Positions 51,199 to 63,624 of a stretch of 64,000 bases of DNA are shown piece by piece. The stretch's first letter is position 1. Each line of letters starts with the position of its first letter. Position numbers and translations under genes: made by a program. Below the pieces are notes generated by a model. It ran no database searches, was not told the origin of the DNA, and saw nothing but the letters and a program-made list of their open reading frames with translations. The stretch comes from Octopus sinensis (lineage: Eukaryota). The stretch covers positions 190,154,001 to 190,218,000 of the forward strand of contig NC_042998.1 in NCBI RefSeq assembly GCF_006345805.1, given 5' to 3'.

Positions 51199-52200
51199 AC
51201 AGGAAACCCTGCGTTACGGGAGTAATGAGTTTGGGAAAAACTTGTAACGCGAAGTTCCGTAACGCATAATTAATTTTCCTATTGATTTTCATGTTATGAA
51301 GTGATGGTGAGTTCCAACGGGAAAAAGATGCTGACTACAATGTGCGGGATGATGATAGCAGAATGAGAGTTACTCGAAAGACGAGGGACACTACCTTCTA
51401 TTTTATAGTTCAACATCATCAACATCTTGAGAAGCGAAGAATTCATCCAAAATTGTTCGATGTTTTGGCACATCATCTCTTTGTGCAGCTCAGTGTAGGA
51501 GCTGAGCTCATTATATACTATCGTAATTTTTATGTTACGTTCAGGATTAGAGCTGCTATCATCAAAAACTTGCCGGCTTTCCTCCGTAAATGCCAACGCT
51601 TTGGCAATACTCTTTACAATCAATCTAAATGGAGTTGATGGAATTTCCGTATTCTCATTTGTATTCTCAACTTACTCTTGTTCTAACAACATCAATTCCT
51701 CGTCAGATATTACTTTCTCTATGAACCACTAGCAACTGAACCCCATCATCCTCTATGACTTCTTCAAACGTTATATCATATGCAAGTGTCACAATATCTT
51801 TCTGAATTTGGTGTAGACTTTCTGCTTCTGAAAACTTGTAAAGCCACGGATACAGTCAGACCGTATTCTTCTAAGCACCATTCAAGGTGTTGAGGCTCTT
51901 ATTACATTCCATTTAGTCAGCTACGTCATCCACAGCATCCATTATGCTTAACTTCTTCCAAAAAGTCTCTGACACTAAATTTATTTACAGTTAGAGACTT
52001 CTTGGAAGCTGTTGGCAAGTAAGGTTTATCAGAGGTAAATTAAAGTTTTTGGAAACCCTTGGAAGCCCACGGAGTTTTGGACTGATACATGAGAAAGCTT
52101 TAATTTCACATCGCCAACGGTATTTCCTCGCAGAAAAAGCGTCAAACCATTTTTGGAAACCAGTAACAGTTTTCTGATTAATATAACATTTCTGATGATT
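51199..52200 (-). mobile_element. Decayed pogo/Tigger transposon, 3' part with one TIR
   Basis: ta-caggaaaccctgcgttacg end; translations KNGLTLFLRGNTVGDVKLK, VRDFWKKLSIMDAV and SSNPERNIKI..SSYTELHKE. Confidence 0.75.
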
Positions 52201-52444
52201 TGAGTAATCATTTTTTTTTTTAAATTGACTAGACTTAAATTAATTTAATTTAATATAATTGTGTATCACAGTTATGTAATTACACATTTGGTGATGTTTA
52301 CCTTAGTGAAACAGTTGTCAAATATAATTAAAATATGAACTGTACATGTTAAATTTATCTTTTTCTGCTAAATATTATGTGTGTATATGTATATATATTG
52401 TGCTTATTATTGCTAATAAAGTCGTTTTTATACATCGCCTCCGT

Positions 52445-52630
52445 CATAACCCAGATTGGCCAGTCTCCAGGAGCTTCACATAGCCGTCAGAATTGAGCTT
52501 AAGGCTCTGATCAAAGATGTAGGGCCGCATGACGCCACCCTCACTGGAGACATACCCAAAAACCATCAAAGTTTGGGGAACTTGGTTTTCATGATACGGG
52601 GGACATGTCCATGCCACGTCTTACCGCCTT
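52445..52630 (-). mobile_element. maT/DD37D transposase fragment
   Basis: VPQTLMVFGYVSSEGGVMRPYIFDQSLKLNSDGYVKLL. Confidence 0.75.
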
Positions 52631-52802
52631 CACAGTGTTCACAGATCATTGAGTAGCAATCATAATATCGGTATTTTGATACTGGGTACGAATCATTATG
52701 ATACAGATAACTCTTTTCCAGTATTCAGATGGCTTCCAGCACTGCATTTCGGTTAACTACAACTTTAATCTTTATACTCTTCAACGCCGTGGACTTTTAT
52801 TT

Positions 52803-53062
52803 ATTCTTTTATTTGTTTCAGTCATTTGACTGCGGCCATGCTGGAGCACCGCCTTTAGTCGAGCAAATTGACCCCAGGACTTATTCTTTGTAAGCCTAGA
52901 ACTTATTCTATCGGTCTCTCTTGCCAAACCGCTAAGTGACAGGAACGTAAAGACACCAGCATCGGTTGTCAAGCGATGTTGGGGGACAAACACAGACACA
53001 CAAGCATATACATACATACATACACACACACACACCACACATCCACACACACACACACACAG

Positions 53063-53116
<54 letters not shown>

Positions 53117-53291
53117 ATACATATATACGACGGGCTTCTTTCAGTTTCTGTCTACCAAATCCACTCACAAGGCTTTGGTCGGCCCGAGACTATAGTAGAA
53201 GACACTTGCCCAAGGTGCCACGTAGTGGGACTGAACCCGGAAGCATGTGGTTGGTAAGCAAGCTACTTACCACACAGCCACTCCTGCGCCT
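52803..53291 (-). mobile_element. SINE family A, full length
   Basis: Colinear with 24539-24945; longer internal microsatellite. Confidence 0.92.
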
Positions 53292-53339
53292 GTTCAGTTA
53301 TACATTAAGCTGTTCCTGAAAAAGTAAAAGAGATATAAA

Positions 53340-53640
53340 ATATCTTCAAATTTAGTGCGAACGCCCTGAATGTATAGTGATATCCAGGAAAAGGTCACTC
53401 TGATATAAAACCAGATATGCAGGGAATGGCAAGGAACATTTTGGGAATCTTTTGCTTGAGCTTGAGATGATGTCACTCGTACATTCCTGAACCTGCGACT
53501 CTTATTGGTACCGGATATCTTGCCCTGGCTTGTCTCTGGATCATGTCAGTAGAGGGGACAGAGTCTATGAGATGCTGTGCAAACTTTATTGAACCTTAAA
53601 ATTTTAAGTTGTACAATTGCCAGCGAGGAGACTATCCGAT
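53340..53640 (-). mobile_element. Possible piggyBac transposase C-terminal relic
   Basis: NFKVQ/IKFAQHLI..RVAGSGMYE*HHL..PFPGYHYT loosely fits the L.F...LA..LI..RL...H..CF..YH pattern; heavily decayed. Confidence 0.22.
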
Positions 53641-53801
53641 GCCGGGTTGGGTAGGAGGGCACCGTAGTGAGCATGGAAGCCGCGGATGCGAACCCTGGTG
53701 AAGCCAATTGCTGGTGCATTAAACTTATGCACGGGTATTGTTGTTCATTTTGTGTGGGAAATGGTCAGTGATAGTTTTCCTCGGTTATGAATGAACAGTC
53801 A

Positions 53802-54238
53802 TCCTCTATTATATAAAATCCATTCTGTCTGTCTGTCTGTCTGTCTGTCTTCTAGGATCTCGGGCATCCTCCATCCGATTGCGCTCAAATTTGATATGTA
53901 GATACCGACGGTATCAGGGCGTATATAAGTCTTGAAAAAATTACAAAAATCGATTCCAGGTGAGAATGCGATCGATAAAGCCGTTCTCCCAGTCAACAGC
54001 CTTATCATCACTGGTACTTTAAACTCTTCGGTCGCATATTTGCGTGAATAAAATCGTTTTTCTTTGGAATAGAAAAAAGTCTATCTTTATTTCTTCTTTT
54101 GCTGGTATCTCAAATTTAGATTAAATCAGTGTATCTCAAAGGGGAGGCCTATGGAACGTTCGGACAAGTTGTTTTGAGAAAATTTAGTTTAAATGTTTGA
54201 CAACTCAGCACCGTCCATTGGACGGGGGCGTTTTGCTC

Positions 54239-54239
<1 letters not shown>
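53802..54239 (+). mobile_element. Non-autonomous Helitron (family H2), copy 2
   Basis: A|TCctctattatataaaatcc..hairpin ccgtcca-t-tggacgg..CTCG|T. Confidence 0.8.
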
Positions 54240-54294
<55 letters not shown>

Positions 54295-54308
54295 TATATA
54301 TATATATA

Positions 54309-54339
<31 letters not shown>

Positions 54340-54584
54340 GAAAGACCGAGATGAAGTGGGACGTGACACAATAATAATGATAGGTACAATGGCGTAAACA
54401 GCGAAAAGATTAGGACCCTACAAGTGACAGAAACCAGTGTAAAGGGGTCCAAGACATCTATCCCACAGATCTATAAATCTGTGTTTAACAAGACTAAAGA
54501 AGTTTGAAATCTACAAAAAGTCGCCACTCAGTAATTGTCAAACGGCTGCAGTCAAACCATGTGACTGATCAGATCAGTGAGGGT

Positions 54585-55206
54585 GAAGAAAATGTTAACG
54601 CCTGGTGAACAAGAAAAGACTGACGCTCTTGTAATCCTGTGGAAGACATCACGCATGTGATTAGCAGCTGTCCTAAAATGTCGTCACGGTACTACCTTCC
54701 TCAGTGGCATAATGTTGTTGCTAAAACAATTTATAATGCCATCTGCAAAAACGACTGTCCTGAAATAAACTTAGAAAATCCCTCTGTTATGGAATACATT
54801 CATAAACATCAACTCAAAAAATACTGGTGGAATATTCCCATCAAAATTTCTGTCAAATGTTAACATAACAGGCCGGATATTGTTATTTGGGACTGAAGGG
54901 CAAAGATATGTACCATCACAGAGGTTAGCTGCCCTGCAGATATAAATATCTCTTTGAATATCAACGAAAAAAGAGGATACCTACAGACAACTGCTTCAAA
55001 ACTTCCAGCTTCTATATCCAGACTATAAATTCATATTTATACCAATAATAATTGGAGCACTAGGTTTTGTTAGTAAATGCTTAAAGAAGAATCTGCATAA
55101 ACTAGGATTTTCAGAAAGAGAAATCAACCGACTAGTTCGTACATTACAAGTGCAATCTGTAAGTGGAACAGTAAAAATATGCAAGACTTTTCTCAAGTTC
55201 TAAATG
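54585..55206 (+). mobile_element. R4/Dong LINE 3' end (RLE domain), divergent family
   Basis: EDITHVISSCPKM..HNVVAKTIY..WWNIPI..HNRPDIVIWD..TEVSCPAD..IPIIIGALG. Confidence 0.88.
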
Positions 55207-55401
55207 TTAACTAGATCCCAAAGATGGAGCCTTGTATCTTTGTTGGAAACCGGCTCCCTCCTCAGTGGAAGATTTATAATAATTAAAAAATAGAAGAGGC
55301 ATACATACATACATACATACATACATACAAACGTACATACATATGTACGGACGTATGTACGTACGTACATACATATACATACATGTAAATTGATGCAAGT
55401 C

Positions 55402-55494
55402 TTCCTTGATGATCCGTTCTGGTTAAGTCTCCAGATGCGCTTGGAACATCAGGGCAGGATTCCAAACAACCAGATGGTGAAACGTGCGTAGGAA
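55402..55494 (+). ncRNA. Type I hammerhead motif, C3->U variant
   Basis: ttcc-TTGATGA-tccgttctggtt..aaccagatggt-GAA-acgtgcgt-A-ggaa. Confidence 0.5.
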
Positions 55495-55540
55495 CAAATA
55501 ATATAAGAACGTTTTTCTTTTTAATTTCTGTTATATATAT

Positions 55541-55585
<45 letters not shown>

Positions 55586-55587
<2 letters not shown>

Positions 55588-55813
55588 GGCGGCGAACTGG
55601 CAGAATCGTTAGCACGTCGGGCGAAATGCTTAGCGGTATTTCATCTGCCGCTACGTTCTGAGTTCAAATTCCGCCGAGGTCGACTTTGCCTTTCATCCTT
55701 TCGGGGTCGATAAATAAAGTACCAGTTTCGCACTGGGGTCGATGTAATCGACTTAATCCCTTTGTCTGTCCTTGTTTGTCCCCTCTATATTTAGCCCCTT
55801 GAGGGCAATAAAG

Positions 55814-55818
<5 letters not shown>
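55586..55818 (+). mobile_element. SINE family B, full length
   Basis: aaggcggcgaactggcagaatcgttagc..aataaagaaata, between (TA)n tracts. Confidence 0.92.
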
Positions 55819-55853
<35 letters not shown>

Positions 55854-55948
55854 AGAGAGAGACAGACAGACAGACAGACAGGTAGGCAGGCAGACAGATA
55901 GATAGACAGACAGACAGATAGATAGTTAGACAGACAGACAGATAGATA

Positions 55949-55996
<48 letters not shown>

Positions 55997-55997
<1 letters not shown>

Positions 55998-56215
55998 TGT
56001 GGGCACTTGGCCTAGTGGTTAAGGTGTCGTAGTCACCATCTTGAGCAAAGCACTTCGTCTCACCCATTGCTCTGCGATCGGTTCTGGCGTGTGGCACACT
56101 GTGCACTTGTTCACGCATCACCAATTTGACGGAGGGGGGTGAGCTGATGAACAACGCAACCATTTAATCATTATAAACAAATCATTTGTGCAGGTTATTC
56201 AGTAAGAACTCGTGA
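55997..56215 (+). mobile_element. Degenerate tRNA-derived SINE (family F)
   Basis: tggcctagtggttaagg A box; cttgagcaaagcactt CORE-like motif. Confidence 0.6.
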
Positions 56216-56309
56216 AACCTTCATCTCTTTCCTATATCCATATTTGCGTGTGTATGTGTGTGTTGTGTGCGTGTGTGTGCGTGTGTGTGTGTGTGTGGGT
56301 GTGTGTGAG

Positions 56310-56477
56310 TGTGGGTGCGGAATATGTGTACGGTGTCTCTGTGTGTATGTGTGTATGCGGTGTGTGTGTGTGTGTGGTGTGTGAGTGCGGAATATGTGTG
56401 CGGTGTCTGTGTGTGTATGTGTGTGTGTGTGTGTGTGGTGTGTGTGTGAGTGCAGAATATGTGTGCGGTGTCTGTGT

Positions 56478-56511
<34 letters not shown>

Positions 56512-56549
56512 TGTGAGTGCAGAATATGTGTGCGGTGTCTGTGTGTGTA

Positions 56550-56583
<34 letters not shown>

Positions 56584-56620
56584 TGCGGAATATGTGTGCG
56601 GTGTGTGTGTGTGTGTGTGT
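56310..56620. repeat. Minisatellite: 5 units of gagtgc(g/a)gaatatgtgtgcggtgtc + (GT)n
   Basis: Unit cores at ~56314, 56383, 56448, 56515 and 56581. Confidence 0.9.
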
Positions 56621-56742
56621 ATGTGTGTGAGTGTGTGTGTTGTGTACATTTTCCAGCTTGTGCTTGAGCCAACAAGAAAAAAAACAAACATGTCTCGGAC
56701 CTCCTTTCTTGACCATGACATGGTACTCTGCAATTGTATTTC

Positions 56743-57536
56743 CAACATGCCAAAGCCGAACCAGTCGCTCTCAACCCAGCACACCTATTCGGTAATATTA
56801 ATCTTTACAAAGCGGACTGAAGAGCAATTAGGCAAAAAATCTGTTGTTTATCGATTGATCCTTCACTCAAACTTCCCCCAGACGTTCAAACAACTTGGCA
56901 GAGGTTTGAGAACATTGTCACTTGTACATGTTCAAAATTGGCTTCAACTAAAACTCATTAGCATAAATAGAAGTTGGTTCCCAAGAGAGAGAAAAAAAAA
57001 ACATCAGGAAAATAAAAAAAAACTTAATTAAAAAAAAATCAATCGATTAAATCAGACATGTCAAACCGCAGAGTCTCTATGGATCGCATTGCTCACATAC
57101 GTGTTGCTATGGGGGCCGCATATTTTTAAACACACGTTTACAACAAAAATTTCCATCGTATCAATTCTTTATCATTAAGAAAAAAAAATTTTTTAACATT
57201 TCATTTGCTCATCAATAATCCTATTTTAACAAATCAAATTATTATTAATTATTTTCATTATTAAGATTTTTTTAGTGTTCCTCGCTAGCTCTGCCACTCG
57301 AGGACCGCCTTTGTTTTTGAAAAGGGCCGCTTGTCTGACATGCTAGAATTAAAGTACATTCGGCAACAGCATCCACAGTCAACATGCCAAAGCCAAACCA
57401 GTCGCTCTCAACCCAGCTCACCTATTCGATAATAGTAATCTTCACAAAGCAGACTGAAGAGCAATTAGGCAAAATCTGTTGTTTATCGATTGATCTTTCG
57501 CTCAAACTTCCCCAGACGTTCAAACAACTTGGCAGA
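56743..57536. repeat. ~160-bp direct repeat pair (56743-56902, 57380-57536)
   Basis: caacatgccaaagcc..caacttggcaga, roughly 90% identical by eye. Confidence 0.88.
57053..57346. mobile_element. Probable hAT-type MITE
   Basis: Imperfect TIRs cagacatgtcaaac / gtctgacatgctag; flanks gattaaat / aattaaag (6 of 8 match). Confidence 0.5.
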
Positions 57537-57559
57537 TACTTGACTTGCTAAAATATTAT

Positions 57560-57952
57560 CTGCTAAACAGCACGAAGGGGATTCAGAGGAGGACTGAGTT
57601 ATTTAAAGAAATCAAACACAACCCAAAAGTGTTATCTTCATCTACCAACAAGCATAGGACCGTGATGAGCCGTGAACTGAGCCGTGATGTCCTTCTCCCA
57701 ATTCCACTTCCCAACTGGCGGAAACGCCCGGGCGAGCAGCTGAAGACCTGGTTTACGACGATCAAGGAGGACCTCTCCGTGCTCACGAGTCCGCAGGTGG
57801 TCGGCCTGTGCCGATGGAACCGTGACTGGCTCGCTATCTCCAGTGAACTGGCACAGGACCGTCGTGCGTGGGCTGCCATGGTTCGAGATGCCTCGAGGGT
57901 GGTAGAAGAAGCCGACTCAACCCGCCCAGGGTGAATGTCGCCACAAGTACAA
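57560..57952 (+). mobile_element. RTE-clade LINE 3' end
   Basis: WRKRPGEQLKTWFTTIKEDL..ELAQDRRAWAAMVRD*; followed by caagtacaag tail. Confidence 0.85.
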
Positions 57953-58138
57953 GATGGTGTCAAGCCAGCGGGTTCTTGGTTGGCCTCTTCCTCTCTTGCC
58001 ACTGACCATTCCGAGCATGATGTCCTTCTCCAGGGATTTTCTCCGCATAATATGACCGAAATATGCCAATCTATGCTTGGTGATCCTAGCTTCTAGCGAC
58101 ATTTTCGGCCTGATCTGCTTAAGAACTTCTCCATTGGT
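57953..58138 (-). mobile_element. RTE/BovB-like fragment, truncated at both ends
   Basis: TNGEVLKQIRPKMSLEARITKHRLAYFGHIMRRKSLEKDIMLGMVSGKRGRGQPRTRWLDTI; 2 differences from 61074-61259. Confidence 0.9.
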
Positions 58139-58144
58139 CCACTT

Positions 58145-59960
58145 GATAGATGATAAGAGCATTCTCCACCATGAAATAGCAGCGATCCTGCAGAAACACT
58201 ATTACTCTGTCTTCAATGATTCAGTTGAGGTTGACTTGTGCTATTCCAATGAAATCAACACCAAATATACTATCTCCGATATAACTTTCATACCTCAGAC
58301 ACCACTGTAGCAATAAACGAAACCTAACGTTATTCTGCAGAAGCCACTGACAGATTCTCTACGAGTGTCCTAAAAAAAATGCAGATATCAAATTGCGTTA
58401 CCTCTTACCAATCTACAAAGAAAATCTTCAGTCAGACTATATACCCAAATATTTCTTATCCCAATGTTATCCCACCCTTCAAAAAGGGAATCAGGTTACT
58501 TGTAGTTAACTGTACCTAATCTAACTCACTTCCTATGTCATCAAAATATTTGAAAGAGTAGCATGAACAAGAATAACTGACTTCCTGAAGAGTAACAATC
58601 TCCTAGACTATTACCAGCACAGCATTCTTGCAGCAGAGGCCACGTTGCACAATATCTACATCACTTTGATAACAACCTTAACGTTTTGATCAGGGCTCAA
58701 CATCCTACTGTTAAAAATTTCCATCACCGGTATCCATGCACTAGATCAAATATTTCCTGGTGCACTAGATCAAATATTTCCTGGTGAACAGAACCCAACA
58801 TGTTGTCAGCGATTGGATCTCCTCAAGCCCAGCAAAAATCGCCAGGGAGTATAATGGGCCCACTTTTCCCCATATCTCAAATGTCATCAAGCACAATAAA
58901 ATATATTTGCAGATGACTCCAAGCTTCAAACACTTGTCAAAGGAGAAGACCAAAAAAAAAATGACTACCTGATCAATATGCTATAATTGAATGGGCGGGC
59001 AGAAATATCTTGCTGCTAAATAAGGGGAAATTTGAACTCGTACACTTTAGAAAGTAGAATATGCTCAAACAACTATCTTCACAATATATTTCTTTATTGC
59101 CCACAAGGGACTAAACATAGAGGGGACAAACAAGGACAGACAAACGGATTAAGTCGATTACATCGACCCCAATGCGAAACTGGTACTTAATTTATCGACC
59201 CCGAAAGGATGAAAGGCAAAGTCGACCTCGGCGGAATTTGAACTCAGAACGTAACGACAGACGAAATACCGCTAAGCATTTCGCCCGGCGCGCTAACGTG
59301 TCTGCCAGCTCGCCGCCTTGTTCTTTCTTCACAATAACCATCCGTGGCATCATTCCCTTTCCCTTTTTCGTACCGCTTCATCTATATTACTGTTACCTCC
59401 TGTGGCTTCCTATATCAAGCAAAATATTGTGAGAACCGAGACACTGCAGTGAGCAATTACAAATAAATTAATTAATGTTATAATTGATCTTGATTATTGG
59501 AACAGTCTTAAAACATTGAAAATTTATTTTCCTCAACGCCACCTCGAGCGCTACATCCTTTGCTCAATATGAAGAATATACCACCAGCATTGCCCAAACG
59601 ACCTTAACATCAAGTTTACAGTAAATCCAAGTCGTGCCATACGACTCATACGCACTTCAAGCTCATAACGCATAATCACATTGCGGCACAATTACTTTTC
59701 CTCAACAAGTCCTGCCTTATTTGATATCAAACCAAAGCAAATGAAAGATGAAAGGGGTTTCATAACCTTCAAATGATATCTGGACAAACTTCTTCAAGGG
59801 TACCAGGAAAATCACCTATATTTGGATATATCTCAGTCAACAACAACTCCCTATTTCAATGGGCTATCATGCCACAAAACTTGACTTAAAAGTGACTTAA
59901 AAGATTCTCTCGGGGGATACAATTCAATTAGACACAGCCTGGGCCAATTTTGGTCGAAAC
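58145..59960 (+). mobile_element. Decayed CR1-type LINE, interrupted by a SINE
   Basis: Frameshifted motifs VLKKCRYQIALPL, VIPPFKKG, YWNSLKTLKIYFPQRHLERY and terminal LDKLL..GYISVNNNSLFQW. Confidence 0.7.
59087..59319 (-). mobile_element. SINE family B inserted in the CR1 relic
   Basis: Colinear with 666-899. Confidence 0.92.
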
Positions 59961-60166
59961 ATCTAAGTTTACACACACACAATACTTACACACATACATA
60001 CATACGTACATACATACATACATACATACATACATACATACATACATACATACATACATACATACATAATATATGTATATAACAGGATTTATTTTTTATA
60101 TATGTATGTGTGTGTATGTATGTTTGTATGTATGTATGTATGTATGTATGTATGTATGTATCAATG

Positions 60167-60200
<34 letters not shown>

Positions 60201-60889
60201 TGTATGTATGCATGCATGCATGCATGCATGCATGCATGTATGTATGTATGTATGTATGTATGTATGTATGTATGTATGTATGTATTTATGTATGTATGTA
60301 TGTATGCATGTGCGTGTGTATAAGAAGAAAATGAGATGGGAAAGGAATAAACAATTATCTTCTTAACTTCATTAAATGTACACCTGTTTCTGTTCACCAG
60401 AGCTCCAAACACGCACCAGAAACAGCTGTAGCGAATGGAATTCATAAGGTAATTGTTTATTCCCTTGTCATCTTAGTTTCTTTAACGACAACGTAACATT
60501 GTCGTCACGGAAATTATATCTTCGGCGAGCTAACTTGGGATTCCTTAACAACGATGTAAGCTTCATATAATTAAGGTTATCTTCGGCCTGATGAATAGCT
60601 GAGTCCCCCTCGTTGAGTAATTATTACATCAGAGGATTTGCTAGCCTCGCCTGATTTTTACCAGCTCCATTCCCTCAATTTGGATTTTTATTCGTATTCA
60701 GAGCAACTCATATTGCTAACCGTGAGCTATAAAAACTTTTTTCTAGCTTATCGAACTTCGATATGGGAAAAGCCTACAATCTTCGACGGTAATAAATTAT
60801 TATTGTTCCTAAACGTTGTTTTTTATACCTACAACAGACCGCTCGAAGTTTACTAACTTCCTACACTTAGATCTTTGCATCTGGACTCC

Positions 60890-61015
60890 TAGTTCTTTCA
60901 GCCTTTCCCGGTAACTCATCTGTTGTACTGAAGTAATCTTCTTTATGTAACACCGTTGGAATGCCTCAAGCTCCGCTATTAATATTAGGTTATGAAGTGA
61001 TTATAATTAGGAACA
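60890..61015 (-). mobile_element. CR1 LINE fragment
   Basis: LIAELEAFQRCYIKKITSVQQMSYRERLKEL. Confidence 0.7.
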
Positions 61016-61026
61016 GTAGTCTAGGT

Positions 61027-61385
61027 GTTGGTGTTGGAGAAGACTTTTACGGATTCCATGGACAGCGAGACTCACCAATGGAGAAGTTCTTAAGCAGATC
61101 AGGCTGAAAATGTCGCTAGAAGCTAGGATCACCAAGCATAGATTGGCATATTTCGGTCATATTATGCGGAGAAAATCCCTGGAGAAGGACATCATGCTCG
61201 GAATGGTCAGTGGCAAGAGAGGAAGAGGCCGACCAAGAACCCGCTGGCTTGACACCATCAAGAGTGATACCGGAATGGACATGGCCAATCTGAAAGAAGC
61301 GGCCCAGGATAGAACTGACTGGAGGACACTGATCCATCGAGTAACCGAGAGTCGACTTCGACTGAGCGGATATAGATAGATAGTC
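61027..61385 (+). mobile_element. RTE/BovB-like LINE 3' end with open C-terminal frame
   Basis: WCWRRLLRIPWTARLTNGEVL..RGRGRPRTRWLDTIKSDTGM..QDRTDWRTLIHRVTESRLRLSGYR*; (ATAG)n tail. Confidence 0.92.
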
Positions 61386-61976
61386 TAGGTAGCTGAAAAC
61401 ATACGTTCTCCACATGATCACCATGGTTTCCTCACCATCCAACCAATCAGCCAGCCAGTGACCTGCACATTGTTGCCATCTTATAATTATACTTACAGAA
61501 TTTTGCATCATTATTTATGTGGCTTTTCAGATGATGCGCTGATGGCGACTCCGTTATTACAATACACACTGGCCCTGAATATAGTCTGATTGCAATCTAT
61601 TTGTGAACTGATAGTGATGTACTTGAAACTTTTCAGCATTGAATTACATGTTGTTTTCTTCAACCCACTTGAGAATTTTGTGTTCAGGTGTTACTATACC
61701 TTCACTTTAGCATTTCGGTTCTTCACTTCTTGTGATACTTTTGTATCGACAGCATATGACAAAAAGGTATTTCTGACAGCGGGTGTTTCTCAGAGAGCTT
61801 CCAGAAACAGTGGCGGTCCCAGTAGAGCACCCAGAGGGACTCCACTTGAAATTGATGACTCCTCGGAAATTTCCAACCTTGCTAGGTCAAACCGTTTGGA
61901 ATGTATCATTCCGTGAACAAATTTATCGAATGCCTTTGCAAAGTCTCTCGCTCACTCTCTCTCCCACTTTTTCTCT

Positions 61977-62057
<81 letters not shown>

Positions 62058-62336
62058 GTATATAATCGAAACGCGGAGTAGACAAAACAGAGGCAGCTGA
62101 AGAAGGGGAACATTCCTTGTGTTGCATGTCTTGTACTCAGTTTTTCGTTATTTGAAAGATAGTTCGTTTCTCTGTTTTTGTTTTTATGTTTTCGTTTCTC
62201 ATTGTGTTCTACGTTTTCTTGATGTCCTGTATGTATATATGATGTATGCACGTATATATACATATAAATGTAGGTATGTACATATATGTATGTATATATG
62301 CATATATTTATATATTATTTATATTATCATATATAA

Positions 62337-62367
<31 letters not shown>

Positions 62368-62425
62368 TGTATGTATGTATGTATGTATGTATGTATGTAT
62401 GTATGTATGTATGTATGTATGTATA

Positions 62426-63624
62426 CAGGGTGCGAAGGTATTTGAGGACATAGCTTTTTGGGGGGTCATTACTGCATTTTTTGCTAACTCTGTATAATCT
62501 TTATTTCAGAAAATAATAATGGCAGACCCTCAGCTTACTCAAGAAATGAAGAGGCATGCTGTTATTGTGGTTATAAAGGCTGTGCATAGCGATTTAGAAA
62601 TATCTCGATTTTTAAAAGTTGTCAGATCTTTTGTCCACAAAGTTTGTAAGGAGCTAGATGGAAACGTATCACCAGCATCAAAGCATAAAAAGTATTCTAA
62701 ACACTCTGAAATCATCAGAACACCTGAATTTATCCAGCAAGTTCAACAGAGCATTGATTACAATCCCAGAAAGTCTATGAGGTCAATTACAAAAGATCTC
62801 CATGTGTCAGAAGGAACAGTCAGAAATGTTGTCCACGAAGACATCAGATATGAATCTTATATGATGAGGAAAGGTCAATTTGTCAGAAAAAGCTAAAGCG
62901 AATCACTACATCTGATCTAAAAGGCTCTTAAAGATTTGATTTGGTTGTTCTCAAACGAGAAAAACTTCGACCAAGATCAAAAAGTTAACAGAAGAAATGA
63001 CAGATGATTATGTGTAGACCCTTCTGAAGTTCCAAGAGTTATACATACAAAGTTTCCTGCAACTACCATGGTTTTAGAGGTTGTCAGCAATGAAGGACGT
63101 GTGATGCCTCCTTACTTCTTTCCACAAGGCCTTAGAGTTAACTCTGCCGCCTACATTGAGGTCCTGGGAGTAACTGTTAAGCTCTGGATAGACAGCGTAT
63201 GCAATGGAAGGCCATATGTGTTTCAGTAAGATTCTGCACTATCACACATGGCTCTAGTAACACAGGAATAGTTGGCTGAAAATTTTCATGATCACATAAC
63301 CCCTAACATTTAGCCCCCTAAAACCCCAGTTCTCAATCTATCGAATTATTACATGTAGAGCGTTATTGAAAGAGAGGTCAATGAACACTCCCATAACAGC
63401 AAAAATTCAGAGTAATGTCCAAAATGAAACAGGACCACTTGATCTGAGCATGTAGATGATTTAGATCTCATATAGATGTAGTTGTTGAAACTGAAGGTGA
63501 CATTATGGAAAAGAAGGTTTATTTTTAACCTCCTGGCATTTTTTGATAAATAAAATTATTTTTTGCTATTATATATTTGTTTTTTATAAACATAAATCTG
63601 TCCTCAAATATCTTACGCACCCTG
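62426..63624 (+). mobile_element. Near full-length (1199 bp) inactive DD37D maT-like transposon
   Basis: TA flanks; TIRs cagggtgcg(t)aag(g/a)tatttgaggaca; transposase from 62519 with frameshift and stops; Q*DSALSH + 37 codons ends at N instead of the third D. Confidence 0.92.

Noticed and set aside
56310-56620. CRISPR-like array
   Set aside because: Spacers are (GT)n rather than unique sequences, there are no cas genes, and the context is eukaryotic.
56743-57536. TRIM/LTR retroelement
   Set aside because: No PBS, PPT or TSD; identity extends past the TG..CA boundaries.
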